Of a DNA stretch of 64,000 nt, positions 32,297 through 42,317 are shown one piece after another. The translations under genes and the position numbers were made by a program. Position 1 is the stretch's first letter, and each line of letters begins with the position of its first letter. Below the pieces are notes generated by a model, which had not been told where the DNA came from, searched no databases, and saw only the letters and a program-made list of their open reading frames with translations. The stretch comes from Ruminococcaceae bacterium UBA1767. Lineage in GTDB: Bacteria > Bacillota > Clostridia > Oscillospirales > Acutalibacteraceae. The stretch spans positions 2,240 through 66,239 of the forward strand of contig DCGX01000057.1 in NCBI GenBank assembly GCA_002315505.1, given 5' to 3'.

Positions 32297-34165
32297 ATGG
32301 ATATAAAATACCTCAACAAAATACATTCCCCCGAAGATTTGAAAATGCTTAATCGTGATGAACTGGCACCGCTTGCAAAGGAAATCCGTGAATATATGAT
32401 TGAAACGGTTTCCCACACAGGCGGACACCTTGCATCTAATTTAGGTGACGTAGAGCTTACTATTGCCATTCATCTTATGTTTAATTCTCCCGAGGATAAA
32501 ATCGTCTGGGATGTCGGTCATCAGGCTTACACTCACAAGCTCCTTACAGGCCGATATGAGGATTTCCCCACTCTTCGTCAGGAGGGCGGAATCTCCGGCT
32601 TTTGTCATCCGAATGAAAGTGAACACGATACATTTTACAGCGGTCACAGTGGAACCTCTATTTCTTCTGCATACGGAATTGCACAGGCAAACAAAATACG
32701 TAAGAAAAATAATTATACGGTTGCCGTTATCGGTGACGGCTCCTTCACGGGCGGTCTTGTGTATGAGGCTCTCAATAATGCAGGACGAACCGACACGCAT
32801 CTTATTGTTATCCTCAACGATAATGAAATGTCAATCTCAAAAAATGTCGGCTCAATTTCAAAATATCTTACTAAAATCCGTTCAAAAAAAAGATATGTCC
32901 GACTCAAGGCAAAGATTGAACGCGGACTTGAAAAAATTCCGTTTTGCGGTCACAGTCTAGCAGTTGGATTTTTCAAATTAAAGACCGAAATTAAAAACGT
33001 AATTTACGAAAGCACCATTTTTGAGAAAATGGGATTTCGATATATGGGACCTGTTGACGGCTACGATATTGAAACAATGTGCGAGGCTCTTGAAACTGCA
33101 AAATCAGTTAAAAAGCCTGTACTTCTGCACGTAAACACAGTTAAGGGCAAGGGCTATGATTATGCTGAAAAAGACCCGAGTCACTTCCACGGTGTTTCAG
33201 AATTTGTTGTCGGCACGGGTGAAAGTCATTCAAGCGGTGATACCTTCTGCAATGAATTCGGTAAGCTGATGTGCAAAATGGCTGAAATGGACAAAAGAAT
33301 TGCACTTATCACTGCAGCAATGTCACTCGGCACAGGACTTACGGAATTCAGCAAATCGTTTTCCGACAGATTTTTTGATGTAGGTATTGCCGAGGAACAC
33401 GCAGTCACCTTTGCTTCGGGACTGTCAAAGGGCGGAATGCTCCCTGTCTTTGCTGTTTATTCAACATTTTTACAGCGCTGCTATGATGAAATTATTCATG
33501 ACGGAGCTTTGCAGGACCAAAAAATGGTGCTTGCCATTGACCGTGCAGGCTTTGTCGGTGATGACGGAGAAACTCACAACGGACTATATGACGTTGCGTT
33601 TTTGCAGAGCATCCCGAATGTTACGGTTTATTCTCCTGCCACCTTCGATGAAATGAAACACGATTTCGGAAACGCATTCTATCGTGACAGCGATGTGGTT
33701 GCCGTACGTTATCCGAGAGGCGGAGAAAAGGATATTCCCGAGGATTTTGAGCCTTCTTACGATTCGTTCGATATCTACGGTAGCAGTAATGCAAAGGTTG
33801 CGATAGTGACCTACGGAAGGATATTCGGTCAGGCTGCAAAGGCTGTAAAAGAGCTTGAAGAACAAGGTCTTTCTGTTAAGGTACTCAAGCTCAACAGAAT
33901 AAAACCCATTGATGAAAAAGCTATTCAATCCGTTCTGGATTGTGAATATATCTTCTTCTTTGAAGAAGGCGTACGCAGTGGCGGTGCAGGTGAAAAATTT
34001 GCCGCTACCCTTCTTGAAACAGGCTACAAGGGCAGCTACCACCTTACTGCGGTTGAGGATTGCTTTGTCAAGCAGGCCTCTGTTATGTCGCAAATCAGAC
34101 AAAATCATCTTGATTGCGACAGTATGGTTGAAATTATTAAAACTCGCATCAGCTCGGAGGTGTAG
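32297..34165 (+). CDS. dxs: 1-deoxy-D-xylulose-5-phosphate synthase
   Basis: GGHLASNLG, GDGSFTGG ThDP motif, full length. Start is the ATG at 32297 or the GTG at 32288. Confidence 0.95.
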   Translation: MDIKYLNKIHSPEDLKMLNRDELAPLAKEIREYMIETVSHTGGHLASNLGDVELTIAIHLMFNSPEDKIVWDVGHQAYTHKLLTGRYEDFPTLRQEGGISGFCHPNESEHDTFYSGHSGTSISSAYGIAQANKIRKKNNYTVAVIGDGSFTGGLVYEALNNAGRTDTHLIVILNDNEMSISKNVGSISKYLTKIRSKKRYVRLKAKIERGLEKIPFCGHSLAVGFFKLKTEIKNVIYESTIFEKMGFRYMGPVDGYDIETMCEALETAKSVKKPVLLHVNTVKGKGYDYAEKDPSHFHGVSEFVVGTGESHSSGDTFCNEFGKLMCKMAEMDKRIALITAAMSLGTGLTEFSKSFSDRFFDVGIAEEHAVTFASGLSKGGMLPVFAVYSTFLQRCYDEIIHDGALQDQKMVLAIDRAGFVGDDGETHNGLYDVAFLQSIPNVTVYSPATFDEMKHDFGNAFYRDSDVVAVRYPRGGEKDIPEDFEPSYDSFDIYGSSNAKVAIVTYGRIFGQAAKAVKELEEQGLSVKVLKLNRIKPIDEKAIQSVLDCEYIFFFEEGVRSGGAGEKFAATLLETGYKGSYHLTAVEDCFVKQASVMSQIRQNHLDCDSMVEIIKTRISSEV

Positions 34166-34168
34166 GCA

Positions 34169-34984
34169 TTGTCCGAAAAAATAAGACTTGATATAGCGCT
34201 CACTCAGCAGGGACTTGTTGAATCAAGAGAAAAGGCAAAGGCTCTCATAATGGCAGGACAGGTTTACGTCAATGACCAAAAGGAGTTAAAGGCAGGAACT
34301 ACAATCAAGCCCGACGATAAAATTGAAGTACGTGGAAGTCAGAATCCTTTCGTCAGCCGTGGCGGTTTAAAGCTCGAAAAAGCGGCGAAGAATTTCAGCA
34401 TCGACCTTACCGATTGCGTTTGTATGGACATCGGTGCATCAACGGGCGGTTTCAGCGATTGTATGCTCACACACGGAGCAAAAAAGGTTTATGCAATCGA
34501 CGTAGGCTATGGTCAGCTTGCATGGAAATTGCGCACAGACGAGCGTGTTGTTAATATGGAACGTACCAATTTCAGATACGTTACTCACGAGCAGATTCCC
34601 GAAGACGTTGACTTTGCGAGCGTTGATGTGTCATTTATTTCACTTAAAATTATTTTACCGGTTCTTCGTGAGCTTCTTAAAGCTGACGGACAGGCAGTTT
34701 GCCTTATTAAGCCTCAGTTTGAGGCAGGCAGAGAAAAAATCGGCAAAAAGGGTGTTGTTCGTGACCCGTCTGTACACGTTGAGGTTGTCGAAAGCATCGT
34801 TAATTTTTCAATTGAAACAGGCTTTATAATAAAAAATCTTGATTTTTCTCCTATTAAAGGGCCTGAAGGAAACATAGAATATCTTATGCACATAGAAAAA
34901 TCGGAAGCACCCGAAAATATCAGCGGTGTTCTTCCCGAGGAATTGGTTGAGCGGTCACACAATACTCTCGACAAAAAGGAGTGA
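34169..34984 (+). CDS. tlyA: TlyA-family 16S/23S rRNA (cytidine-2'-O)-methyltransferase
   Basis: S4 domain ([19 protein letters not shown]) and an FtsJ-type DIGASTGGF motif. TTG start 8 nt after GGAGG. Confidence 0.88.
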   Translation: MSEKIRLDIALTQQGLVESREKAKALIMAGQVYVNDQKELKAGTTIKPDDKIEVRGSQNPFVSRGGLKLEKAAKNFSIDLTDCVCMDIGASTGGFSDCMLTHGAKKVYAIDVGYGQLAWKLRTDERVVNMERTNFRYVTHEQIPEDVDFASVDVSFISLKIILPVLRELLKADGQAVCLIKPQFEAGREKIGKKGVVRDPSVHVEVVESIVNFSIETGFIIKNLDFSPIKGPEGNIEYLMHIEKSEAPENISGVLPEELVERSHNTLDKKE

Positions 34985-34988
34985 CGAT

Positions 34989-35831
34989 ATGAAAATTGCA
35001 CTTCTCCCCAACCTTACAAGAGCATCTGCACTTGAGGTTACCGTTTCGGTTTGCAGAGAACTCGATAAATTAAATACAGAATACTACATCAGCAATGACA
35101 TAAAAGACAGCCTGTCCGACACAAATGCAATTTTTGACGAAACCGATAAAATCGTCAGCTTATGTGACGCAATCATCGCTGTCGGCGGTGACGGTACAAT
35201 TATTCATGCCGCAAAGTTCGGCAAACCCATTCTCGGAATTAACGCAGGTCGAATCGCCTTTATGGCAGGACTTGAACCGAGTGAGCTTAATATGCTCAGC
35301 AATCTCGTCAGCGGAAATTATGAGCTTGACCGAAGAATGATACTTAAGGCAGAGCTTTGTGAAGAAAGCGGCAGTGTTATAAGCACACATTATTGTATCA
35401 ATGATGCAGTTATTGCACGTGGCTCACAGATTGTTATGGCTGATTTTAAAATCGAGCATAATGGTGTCCCACTCGGTACATACACCGCTGACGGAATCAT
35501 CATCTCCACTCCCACAGGTTCAACGGCATATAATCTTTCGGCAGGTGGTCCCGTAATCGACCCACAGATTGAAAGTATGCTCCTTACTCCGATTTGCACG
35601 CACTCACTTTTCTCACGTTCACTCATTTTTAAGCCCGATTCTGAATTTAAAATTTACAGTAATTCTCAAACGGAAATCGGTATTTCATGTGACGGAGAGA
35701 GCACTATTACAATCGACAAAAACTGCTTTGTTCGCATTTCAAAAGCAGATGTTAAAGGCGAATTCATAAGAATAAAGAACGAAAATTTCCTGGAAATATT
35801 AAACAGCAAGCTCGCAGGCCGACGCTTGTAA
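34989..35831 (+). CDS. nadK: NAD kinase
   Basis: GGDGT motif ([13 protein letters not shown]) and [15 protein letters not shown]. Confidence 0.9.
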   Translation: MKIALLPNLTRASALEVTVSVCRELDKLNTEYYISNDIKDSLSDTNAIFDETDKIVSLCDAIIAVGGDGTIIHAAKFGKPILGINAGRIAFMAGLEPSELNMLSNLVSGNYELDRRMILKAELCEESGSVISTHYCINDAVIARGSQIVMADFKIEHNGVPLGTYTADGIIISTPTGSTAYNLSAGGPVIDPQIESMLLTPICTHSLFSRSLIFKPDSEFKIYSNSQTEIGISCDGESTITIDKNCFVRISKADVKGEFIRIKNENFLEILNSKLAGRRL

Positions 35832-35844
35832 AGGAGAATTAATT

Positions 35845-36294
35845 ATGAAGAAAAAAAGACTCAGCATGATGCTCAAGCTAATCGAGATGTACGAAATCGG
35901 CACCCAGGAGGAAATGCTTGAAAAATTAAAGGAAAACGGCTTTGAGTCTACTCAGGCAACAGTTTCAAGAGATATCAAGGAGCTTCGTCTTATCAAGCAG
36001 ATGAATGACAACGGTGTTTATCGTTATGTTCAGGGCAAGAGCGAGGCAGACGAATATCTTTCCAAGTTCAATGCTATTTTCTCTCATTCGGTTATTTCCT
36101 CGGATTTTGCAGGCAACACTACTGTTATCAAATGCTATCCGGGTATGGCTCAGGCCGCCTGTGCGAGCTTTGACAATATGGAGTGGGAAGGTCTTGTCGG
36201 CACAATTGCAGGTGACGATACTATCTTTGCTCTTTGCAGAACAGATGAGCTTGCAAAGGAATTGAAGGAATCAATCGACAAGCTCGTAAAATAA
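35845..36294 (+). CDS. argR: arginine repressor
   Basis: Winged-helix N-terminus (TQATVSRDIKEL) and GTIAGDDTIF C-terminal arginine-binding motif. Confidence 0.9.
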   Translation: MKKKRLSMMLKLIEMYEIGTQEEMLEKLKENGFESTQATVSRDIKELRLIKQMNDNGVYRYVQGKSEADEYLSKFNAIFSHSVISSDFAGNTTVIKCYPGMAQAACASFDNMEWEGLVGTIAGDDTIFALCRTDELAKELKESIDKLVK

Positions 36295-36309
36295 TTCGGA
36301 TGTGATTTT

Positions 36310-37968
36310 ATGCTTACAAGTTTAAAAATCGAAAATGTAGCTATTATCGAAAGCGCCGCTATTGAATTCGGCTGCGGACTTAATGTCATGACAGGTGAAA
36401 CCGGCGCGGGTAAGTCAATCGTTATTGACTCGATTAATGCAATTTTGGGCGAACGCACATCTCGTGACCTTATCAGAACAGGTACTGATTGTGCTAAGGT
36501 ATATGCGGTGTTTGAGGATATCAATGACTCCGTAAAGACAGAGCTTTCCGAAAACGGAATTGATTGCGACGATGATGTCCTTATAATGAACAGAATCATT
36601 AACCGTGACGGTAAAAACACCTGCAGAATTAATGGCGTGCCTGTTACTGTTTCCATGCTTAAGTCAATTGGTAAGGAATTGATTAACATACACGGTCAGC
36701 ATGATAATCAGACACTTCTCTCCCCAGAGAGTCACATCACATTTGTTGACAGCTTTGCAGAAGACTCGGAATTAATCGAGCGTTATCAGAGTGCATATTC
36801 AGAGCTTTGCAAGGTCAGAAACGAATTAAAAAATCTTACAACAGACGAAAGCTCAAAGGCTCAGAAAATCGATTTGCTGACCTATCAGATTGACGAGCTT
36901 GAAAAGTCCGACATTAAGGTCGGCGAACGTGATGAGCTTATCGCACGAAAGAATCTTATCAACAACTCTCAAAAGGTAATCGGCTATCTCAACGAAGCCT
37001 ACAACGCATTGAGAAATGACGGTGCGGCTCTCGATTGTATAAACTGTGCCGAAAGCGAAATAAGTCAGGCTGCTGCTTTTCTTGACACAATGAGCGAAGC
37101 ATCGCAAAAAATAACAGACTTAAAATATGAGCTTGAAGATGTTGCGGAAGTTGTGCGTGACGCTCTCGGCGGGCTTGATTATGACGAAAGCGAGCTTGAT
37201 GAAATTGAAGAAAGGCTTGATTTGCTCTATCGTCTTTCAAGAAAATACGGTGAAACAGAAGAAGAAATGCTTGAATACCTCGACAATGCAAGATCCGAGC
37301 TTGACAAAATCAGCTTTTTCGATGAACGTGTAAAAGAGCTTGAACATCTTGAAAATGAGCTTTTAAAGAAAGCGGAGAATCTTGCCGCAAGGCTTACATT
37401 AACTCGTATTGAGGCCGGTGAGAGCCTCAGCAGAGCTATTCGTGGCGAGCTTGAATTCCTCGATATGCCGAATGTCGAGTTTATTGTAAATCGTGAGGAA
37501 ACCGAGCTTACGAAAAGCGGACAGGACAACATTGAGTTTCTCATCTCCCCTAACGCAGGCGAAGAGCCGAAGCCACTCGCAAAAATTGCATCGGGCGGTG
37601 AATTGTCAAGAATTATGCTTGCAATCCGCAATGTTCTTGCAGGGCTTGACAGCGTTGGCACAATGATTTTTGATGAAATTGATACAGGTGTCAGCGGTCG
37701 TGCCGCACAGAAAATCGCTTTGAAGCTCCGCAGTGTTTCAAAGGGTAGACAAGTTATCTGCGTTACTCACCTTGCACAGATTGCCTCACAAGGCGACGTT
37801 CATCTGCACATCAGCAAGGCTGTCAAAGACGGCAAAACATATACGAAAATCAAATCACTGCTCGACGAAGAAAGAGTCAGCGAAATTGCACGAATTATGG
37901 GCGGTATGGAAATCACTCAGCTCCAGCTTGAGAGTGCAAAAGAAATGCTTTCTGCGGCAGGGAATTAA
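36310..37968 (+). CDS. recN: DNA repair protein RecN
   Basis: GETGAGKS Walker A, long coiled coil, SGGELSR signature, FDEIDTG Walker B. Confidence 0.95.
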   Translation: MLTSLKIENVAIIESAAIEFGCGLNVMTGETGAGKSIVIDSINAILGERTSRDLIRTGTDCAKVYAVFEDINDSVKTELSENGIDCDDDVLIMNRIINRDGKNTCRINGVPVTVSMLKSIGKELINIHGQHDNQTLLSPESHITFVDSFAEDSELIERYQSAYSELCKVRNELKNLTTDESSKAQKIDLLTYQIDELEKSDIKVGERDELIARKNLINNSQKVIGYLNEAYNALRNDGAALDCINCAESEISQAAAFLDTMSEASQKITDLKYELEDVAEVVRDALGGLDYDESELDEIEERLDLLYRLSRKYGETEEEMLEYLDNARSELDKISFFDERVKELEHLENELLKKAENLAARLTLTRIEAGESLSRAIRGELEFLDMPNVEFIVNREETELTKSGQDNIEFLISPNAGEEPKPLAKIASGGELSRIMLAIRNVLAGLDSVGTMIFDEIDTGVSGRAAQKIALKLRSVSKGRQVICVTHLAQIASQGDVHLHISKAVKDGKTYTKIKSLLDEERVSEIARIMGGMEITQLQLESAKEMLSAAGN

Positions 37969-37980
37969 GACAACAATAAA

Positions 37981-38033
37981 AGGATTTTAAGAAATTATCA
38001 ATCAAAGATAACTCTTAAAATCCTCTTTTGTTT
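37981..38033. terminator. bidirectional terminator between recN and trxB
   Basis: 12-bp stem AGGATTTTAAGA...TCTTAAAATCCT followed by CTTTTGTTT. Confidence 0.7.
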
Positions 38034-38041
38034 GCCGTATT

Positions 38042-38941
38042 TTATCTGTCAATATAATCGCAAGCGGCAAGAGCTGCAATTGCGCCGTCTGCGGCGGCAG
38101 TAGCAACCTGTCTGATTTTCTTGCTTCTGCAATCACCTGCAACGAAAATACCTTCTGTTACAGTTGTACAGGTTTCATCGCTGTCTGCGTAGCCGTAATC
38201 ATTTAATTTCAGAACATCTGCAAAAGGTTCATTCTGCGGAACAAGTCCGATAGCAAGGAAAATTCCGTCAAGCTCAATCGTTTTCTCTTCGCCGTCGGTA
38301 TTGACAACTTTTACTCCTTCAATTCCGTTATTACCGAGATACTCCTTAACAACAGTTGAAAGAATAATTTCAACATTTTCCTTTGCTTCAAGCTGTTCTG
38401 CGAGCTTCTTTTCACCCGTAAGGCAGTCAAGATTCTGAATTACATAAACCTTGCTTGCGAGGTCGGAGAGCAAAAGTGCCTCCTGCAAAGCGGAATTACC
38501 GCCGCCGACAACTCCGACAACCTTATCCTTATAGAAAGCACCGTCACATACGGCACAGAACGAAATGCCTTCGCCGAGATATTTTTCTTCGTTGTCAAGA
38601 CCGAGCATACGATGCTTTGCGCCTGTTGCAATAATAACAGCCTTTGCCTCGAATTCACCATCATCTGTAACTACGGTTTTAACTTCGCCGTTCTTTATTT
38701 CAAGAACCTCCATACTCTCAACGTCTGCACCCTGCTCGAGTACCTGTTCAACGAGCTTTTCTGCAAATTCATTGCCTGTAAGCGAAATAAAACCGGGGAT
38801 ATTCTCAACCTTTGGCGAATATGTTATCTGTCCGCCGAATGTTGCTTTTTCTATAACAAGCACGGATTTGTTTGCTCTGCGGGCATATAATGCGGCTGTA
38901 AGTCCTGCAGGGCCTCCGCCGATAATAATTATATCATACAT
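38042..38941 (-). CDS. trxB: thioredoxin-disulfide reductase
   Basis: GGGPAG FAD motif, CAVCDG redox centre, GGGNSA NADPH motif; 299 aa. Confidence 0.92.
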   Translation of the reverse strand: MYDIIIIGGGPAGLTAALYARRANKSVLVIEKATFGGQITYSPKVENIPGFISLTGNEFAEKLVEQVLEQGADVESMEVLEIKNGEVKTVVTDDGEFEAKAVIIATGAKHRMLGLDNEEKYLGEGISFCAVCDGAFYKDKVVGVVGGGNSALQEALLLSDLASKVYVIQNLDCLTGEKKLAEQLEAKENVEIILSTVVKEYLGNNGIEGVKVVNTDGEEKTIELDGIFLAIGLVPQNEPFADVLKLNDYGYADSDETCTTVTEGIFVAGDCRSKKIRQVATAAADGAIAALAACDYIDR

Positions 38942-38996
38942 AGCTATTCCTCATTAAGGCAATACCGCACATTAGATTTGTGCGGTATTGTACTGA

Positions 38997-41363
38997 TTAT
39001 TTATTTAAATATTTTTTAATATCCGAAACTCCTGCGAATTTCTCATACTCGCCGTTCTTAACAACTACGAGCGTCGGAGCCTGTCTGATTCCGAACTGCT
39101 CTGCAACCTCAGGATTTTCGTTTGCAAGAATCTTTGTGTATGCAACTCCTGCCTTATCAAGTGTTGCACAGGCAATCTTACAGTTAGGACAGGTAGCTGT
39201 TGTGAAGATATAAAGTCCGTCATCAACATTCGGTGTGTCGTTCTTTGACTCAGTGATTATAGCTTCCTGTGCTACACCGTTTCTTGTAAGATGTGAATTT
39301 GCGATGTCATAAACCTTACGGTCTGCATACTCCTGGCTCTTACCATCGTTCCAGTTCTGTACAGGACGATAGTAGCCTGTTATACGGCTGTAAACCTCTG
39401 CAGGCTTACCGCAATGCGGACAAGTGAACTGCTCACCTACAAGATATCCGTGGTCACGACAAACTGAGTATGTTGGTGACATTGTGTAATACGGGAGCTT
39501 GTAATTTTCGGCAATCTTTCTTACGAGGGTTGCCGCAGCCTTCCAGTCAGGCAGCTTCTCACCGAGGAATGCATGGAATACAGTACCTGATGTGTAAAGT
39601 GTCTGAAGCTCGTCCTGAATGTCAAGAGCAGAGAAAATATCCTCTGTGTAGCCAACAGGAAGATGTGAGCTGTTTGTATAATAAGCTGTGCCGTTTTCAT
39701 TAGCACTGATAATATCAGGATAATATTTCTTGTCGTGCTTTGCAAGACGATATGATGTTGACTCGGCAGGTGTAGCCTCAAGGTTGTAAAGGTCGCCGTA
39801 CTCTACCTGGTAATCAGAAAGTCTTTCACGCATATGGTTAAGAACATTCTTTGAGAATTCCTGTGTCTTCTCATTCGTCATATCAGCCTTAATCCAGTTA
39901 GCATTAAGACCCGCCTCGTTCATACCAACAAGACCGATTGTTGAGAAATGGTTGTTGAATGTACCGAGGTATCTCTTTGTGTACGGATAAAGTCCGCTTT
40001 CAAGGAGCTTTGTGATAACTGTACGCTTAACCTTAAGTGAACGGGCTGAAATATCCATCATCTTATCAAGACGCTTATAGAAGTCAGCCTCATCGGTTGC
40101 AAGGTAAGCAATTCTCGGAATATTGATTGTAACAACACCTACAGAACCTGTTGACTCACCGCTTCCGAAGAAACCGCCCGACTTCTTACGAAGCTCACGA
40201 AGGTCAAGACGAAGACGACAGCACATTGAACGAACATCGCTCGGCTCCATATCACTGTTGATGTAGTTTGAGAAATACGGTGTACCATACTTTGCAGTCA
40301 TCTCAAAGAGCAAACGATTGTTCTCTGTGTCTGACCAGTCAAAGTCACGTGTAATCGAATATGTCGGAATAGGATACTGGAAGCCACGGCCGTTGGCATC
40401 GCCCTCAATCATGATTTCGATAAATGCCTTGTTGACCATATCCATTTCTTTCTTACAATCTTTATACTTGAAGTCAACTTCCTTACCACCGACAATACAG
40501 TTAAGTTCTGCAAGGTCATTAGGAACTGTCCAGTCAAGTGTAATATTTGTAAACGGTGACTGTGTACCCCAACGAGAAGGAGTGTTTACACCGTAAATGA
40601 AGGACTGAATACACTGCTTAACCTCTTTATAAGAAAGGTCATCAGCTTTAACGAACGGAGCAAGATAAGTATCAAATGAAGAGAAAGCCTGTGCGCCTGC
40701 CCACTCGTTCTGCATAATTCCGAGGAAATTAACCATCTGATTGCAAAGTGTTGACAAGTGAGTAGCAGGTGAAGAAGTAATCTTACCCGGGACACCGCCG
40801 AGACCCTCCTGAATGAGCTGCTTAAGTGACCAACCTGCGCAGTAGCCTGTAAGCATTGAAAGGTCATGAATATGAATGTCGCCCTTTCTGTGAGCTTCTG
40901 CAATCTCGTCATCATAGATTTCCGAGAGCCAGTAGTTAGCTGTGATAGCACCCGAGTTTGAGAGAATAAGTCCACCTACGGAATAAGTAACTGTGGAATT
41001 CTCCTTAACACGCCAGTCAGCAACATTAAGATAATTATTTACAATTTCAGTATAATCAAGGAATGTTGTGTTGATATTACGAATCTTTTCTCTCTGCTTA
41101 CGATAAAGGATGTATGCCTTTGCAACATCATCGTAGCCGGCCTTGATAAGAACAGACTCAACACTGTCCTGAATATTTTCAACGGTAACCTTACCGTCCT
41201 TGATTTTGCCTTCAAAATCAGCAGAAACCTTCAATGCGAGGAAATCTACTGTGTCCATATTGTACTGCTTGTTACAAGCATCGAATGCTTTTGTTATAGC
41301 ATCCCTGATTTTATGAATATTAAATTCTACAACCTTGCCGTCTCGTTTAATAACTTCGTACAT
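38997..41363 (-). CDS. nrdD: anaerobic (class III) ribonucleoside-triphosphate reductase with an N-terminal ATP-cone and a fused C-terminal CPNC thioredoxin-fold domain
   Basis: ATP-cone VIKRDGKVVEFNIHKI. C-terminal Zn site (CPHCG) and glycyl-radical motif SRITGYY at 39369-39386. A further 123 aa contain TCPNCK (39180-39191) in a Grx/NrdH-like fold. The ATG at 41363 follows AGGAGAAGG. Confidence 0.9.
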   Translation of the reverse strand: MYEVIKRDGKVVEFNIHKIRDAITKAFDACNKQYNMDTVDFLALKVSADFEGKIKDGKVTVENIQDSVESVLIKAGYDDVAKAYILYRKQREKIRNINTTFLDYTEIVNNYLNVADWRVKENSTVTYSVGGLILSNSGAITANYWLSEIYDDEIAEAHRKGDIHIHDLSMLTGYCAGWSLKQLIQEGLGGVPGKITSSPATHLSTLCNQMVNFLGIMQNEWAGAQAFSSFDTYLAPFVKADDLSYKEVKQCIQSFIYGVNTPSRWGTQSPFTNITLDWTVPNDLAELNCIVGGKEVDFKYKDCKKEMDMVNKAFIEIMIEGDANGRGFQYPIPTYSITRDFDWSDTENNRLLFEMTAKYGTPYFSNYINSDMEPSDVRSMCCRLRLDLRELRKKSGGFFGSGESTGSVGVVTINIPRIAYLATDEADFYKRLDKMMDISARSLKVKRTVITKLLESGLYPYTKRYLGTFNNHFSTIGLVGMNEAGLNANWIKADMTNEKTQEFSKNVLNHMRERLSDYQVEYGDLYNLEATPAESTSYRLAKHDKKYYPDIISANENGTAYYTNSSHLPVGYTEDIFSALDIQDELQTLYTSGTVFHAFLGEKLPDWKAAATLVRKIAENYKLPYYTMSPTYSVCRDHGYLVGEQFTCPHCGKPAEVYSRITGYYRPVQNWNDGKSQEYADRKVYDIANSHLTRNGVAQEAIITESKNDTPNVDDGLYIFTTATCPNCKIACATLDKAGVAYTKILANENPEVAEQFGIRQAPTLVVVKNGEYEKFAGVSDIKKYLNK

Positions 41364-41401
41364 TAAAATCCTTCTCCTCTTCAAAAATTAGCAACACATA
41401 G

Positions 41402-41430
41402 ATTATAGCAATCATTAATTCAAAAGTCAA
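41402..41430 (-). promoter_or_regulatory. sigma-A promoter of nrdD
   Basis: Minus strand: TTGACT (41430-41425), 17-nt spacer, TATAAT (41407-41402). Confidence 0.6.
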
Positions 41431-41443
41431 CTATATATTGTGT
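41428..41443 (-). promoter_or_regulatory. NrdR box overlapping the -35 of nrdD
   Basis: Plus strand CAACTATATATTGTGT matches 14 of 16 positions of the NrdR consensus acaCwAtATaTwGtgt. Confidence 0.65.
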
Positions 41444-41463
41444 TATTTTTAATAAAATTTATT

Positions 41464-42156
41464 TTATATCCCCCTAAGTATTGTGTTAGGCACATATTTC
41501 AGCGCAGCCTCACGCATTTTCTCCATTTCTTCCTTATCAACACCGCAGATGTCAGTTCCGATAAGATTTCCGGAGTCGGTAAAATTCTGCAAGAAGTATC
41601 GTTTTGCACCGCTTATCCACTCTGCGGCAGACTCAATACTCTCAACAGTGTGGAAATTCTTAACAACTGTTGTGCGGAATTCGTAGTCAACATTATCAGC
41701 AAGAAGAAAATCAACCGTCTTTTCAACATCAGTTAAATCATAGGTTTCAAGCCCTATTGTCTTTGCGTACAATTCCTTTGAATTTTTAATATCAACCGCA
41801 ACATAGTCCACAAGTCCGTCACCGACAAGCCTTCTTAGCATATCGGGATTGCTTCCGTTTGTGTCGAGCTTAACTTCAAAGCCGAGCGCTTTTATTTTTT
41901 CAATAAATTGTGGGATATCATTGTTAATCAGCGGCTCACCACCGGTAATTGCGACTCCGTCAAGCAGACCTGTCCTCTTCTTTAAAAAGTCGATAATATA
42001 CTCTTCCGTATACGTTTCAGCCTCGTCAAGCTCTGTAACAAGCAATGCATTATGACAAAACGGGCAACGGAAATTGCATCCGCCCGTAAACACCGTACAG
42101 GCAACTCTGCCCGGGAAATCAAGTAATGTCATCTTTTGAAAGCCATGTAACAACAT
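41464..42156 (-). CDS. nrdG: anaerobic ribonucleoside-triphosphate reductase activating protein (radical SAM)
   Basis: CNFRCPFCHN radical-SAM cluster motif. The ATG at 42156 follows AGAGGTGA. The longer track ORF would run over the promoter. Confidence 0.9.
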   Translation of the reverse strand: MLLHGFQKMTLLDFPGRVACTVFTGGCNFRCPFCHNALLVTELDEAETYTEEYIIDFLKKRTGLLDGVAITGGEPLINNDIPQFIEKIKALGFEVKLDTNGSNPDMLRRLVGDGLVDYVAVDIKNSKELYAKTIGLETYDLTDVEKTVDFLLADNVDYEFRTTVVKNFHTVESIESAAEWISGAKRYFLQNFTDSGNLIGTDICGVDKEEMEKMREAALKYVPNTILRGI

Positions 42157-42184
42157 AATATCACCTCTTTGCGCATCGAAAAGT

Positions 42185-42213
42185 ATTGTATCACAATATA
42201 ATGTGTATTTCAA
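42185..42213 (-). promoter_or_regulatory. sigma-A promoter of nrdG
   Basis: Minus strand: TTGAAA (42213-42208), 17-nt spacer, TACAAT (42190-42185). Confidence 0.6.
42191..42206 (-). promoter_or_regulatory. NrdR box filling the -35/-10 spacer of the nrdG promoter
   Basis: Plus strand TCACAATATAATGTGT matches 14 of 16 positions of acaCwAtATaTwGtgt. Confidence 0.65.
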
Positions 42214-42271
42214 GCGAACAAACCGATAATTTATTCCAAATATTGTATTTTAATTTTGTGTAAAATGATAA

Positions 42272-42301
42272 CAAAAAAGAAGGCCGACAAGCGACCTTCT
42301 T
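42272..42301 (-). terminator. rho-independent terminator of the upstream phosphoesterase gene
   Basis: Minus strand: AAGAAGGTCG-cttg-TCGGCCTTCTT followed by TTTTTTG. Confidence 0.75.
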
Positions 42302-42317
42302 AATATTGTGTGTTATT

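Noticed and set aside
38950-38990. An AATACCGCACA...TGTGCGGTATT hairpin between nrdD and trxB, as a terminator.
   Set aside because: Neither strand has a U-run after the stem. It is more likely a processing or stability element or a partial pause site, so nrdD and trxB may be co-transcribed.
41394-41409. A possible second NrdR box upstream of nrdD (ACACATAGATTATAGC).
   Set aside because: It matches only about 8 of 16 positions (one good half-site). Its centre-to-centre distance to the strong box is 34 bp, not the usual helical phasing. I kept it only as a note.
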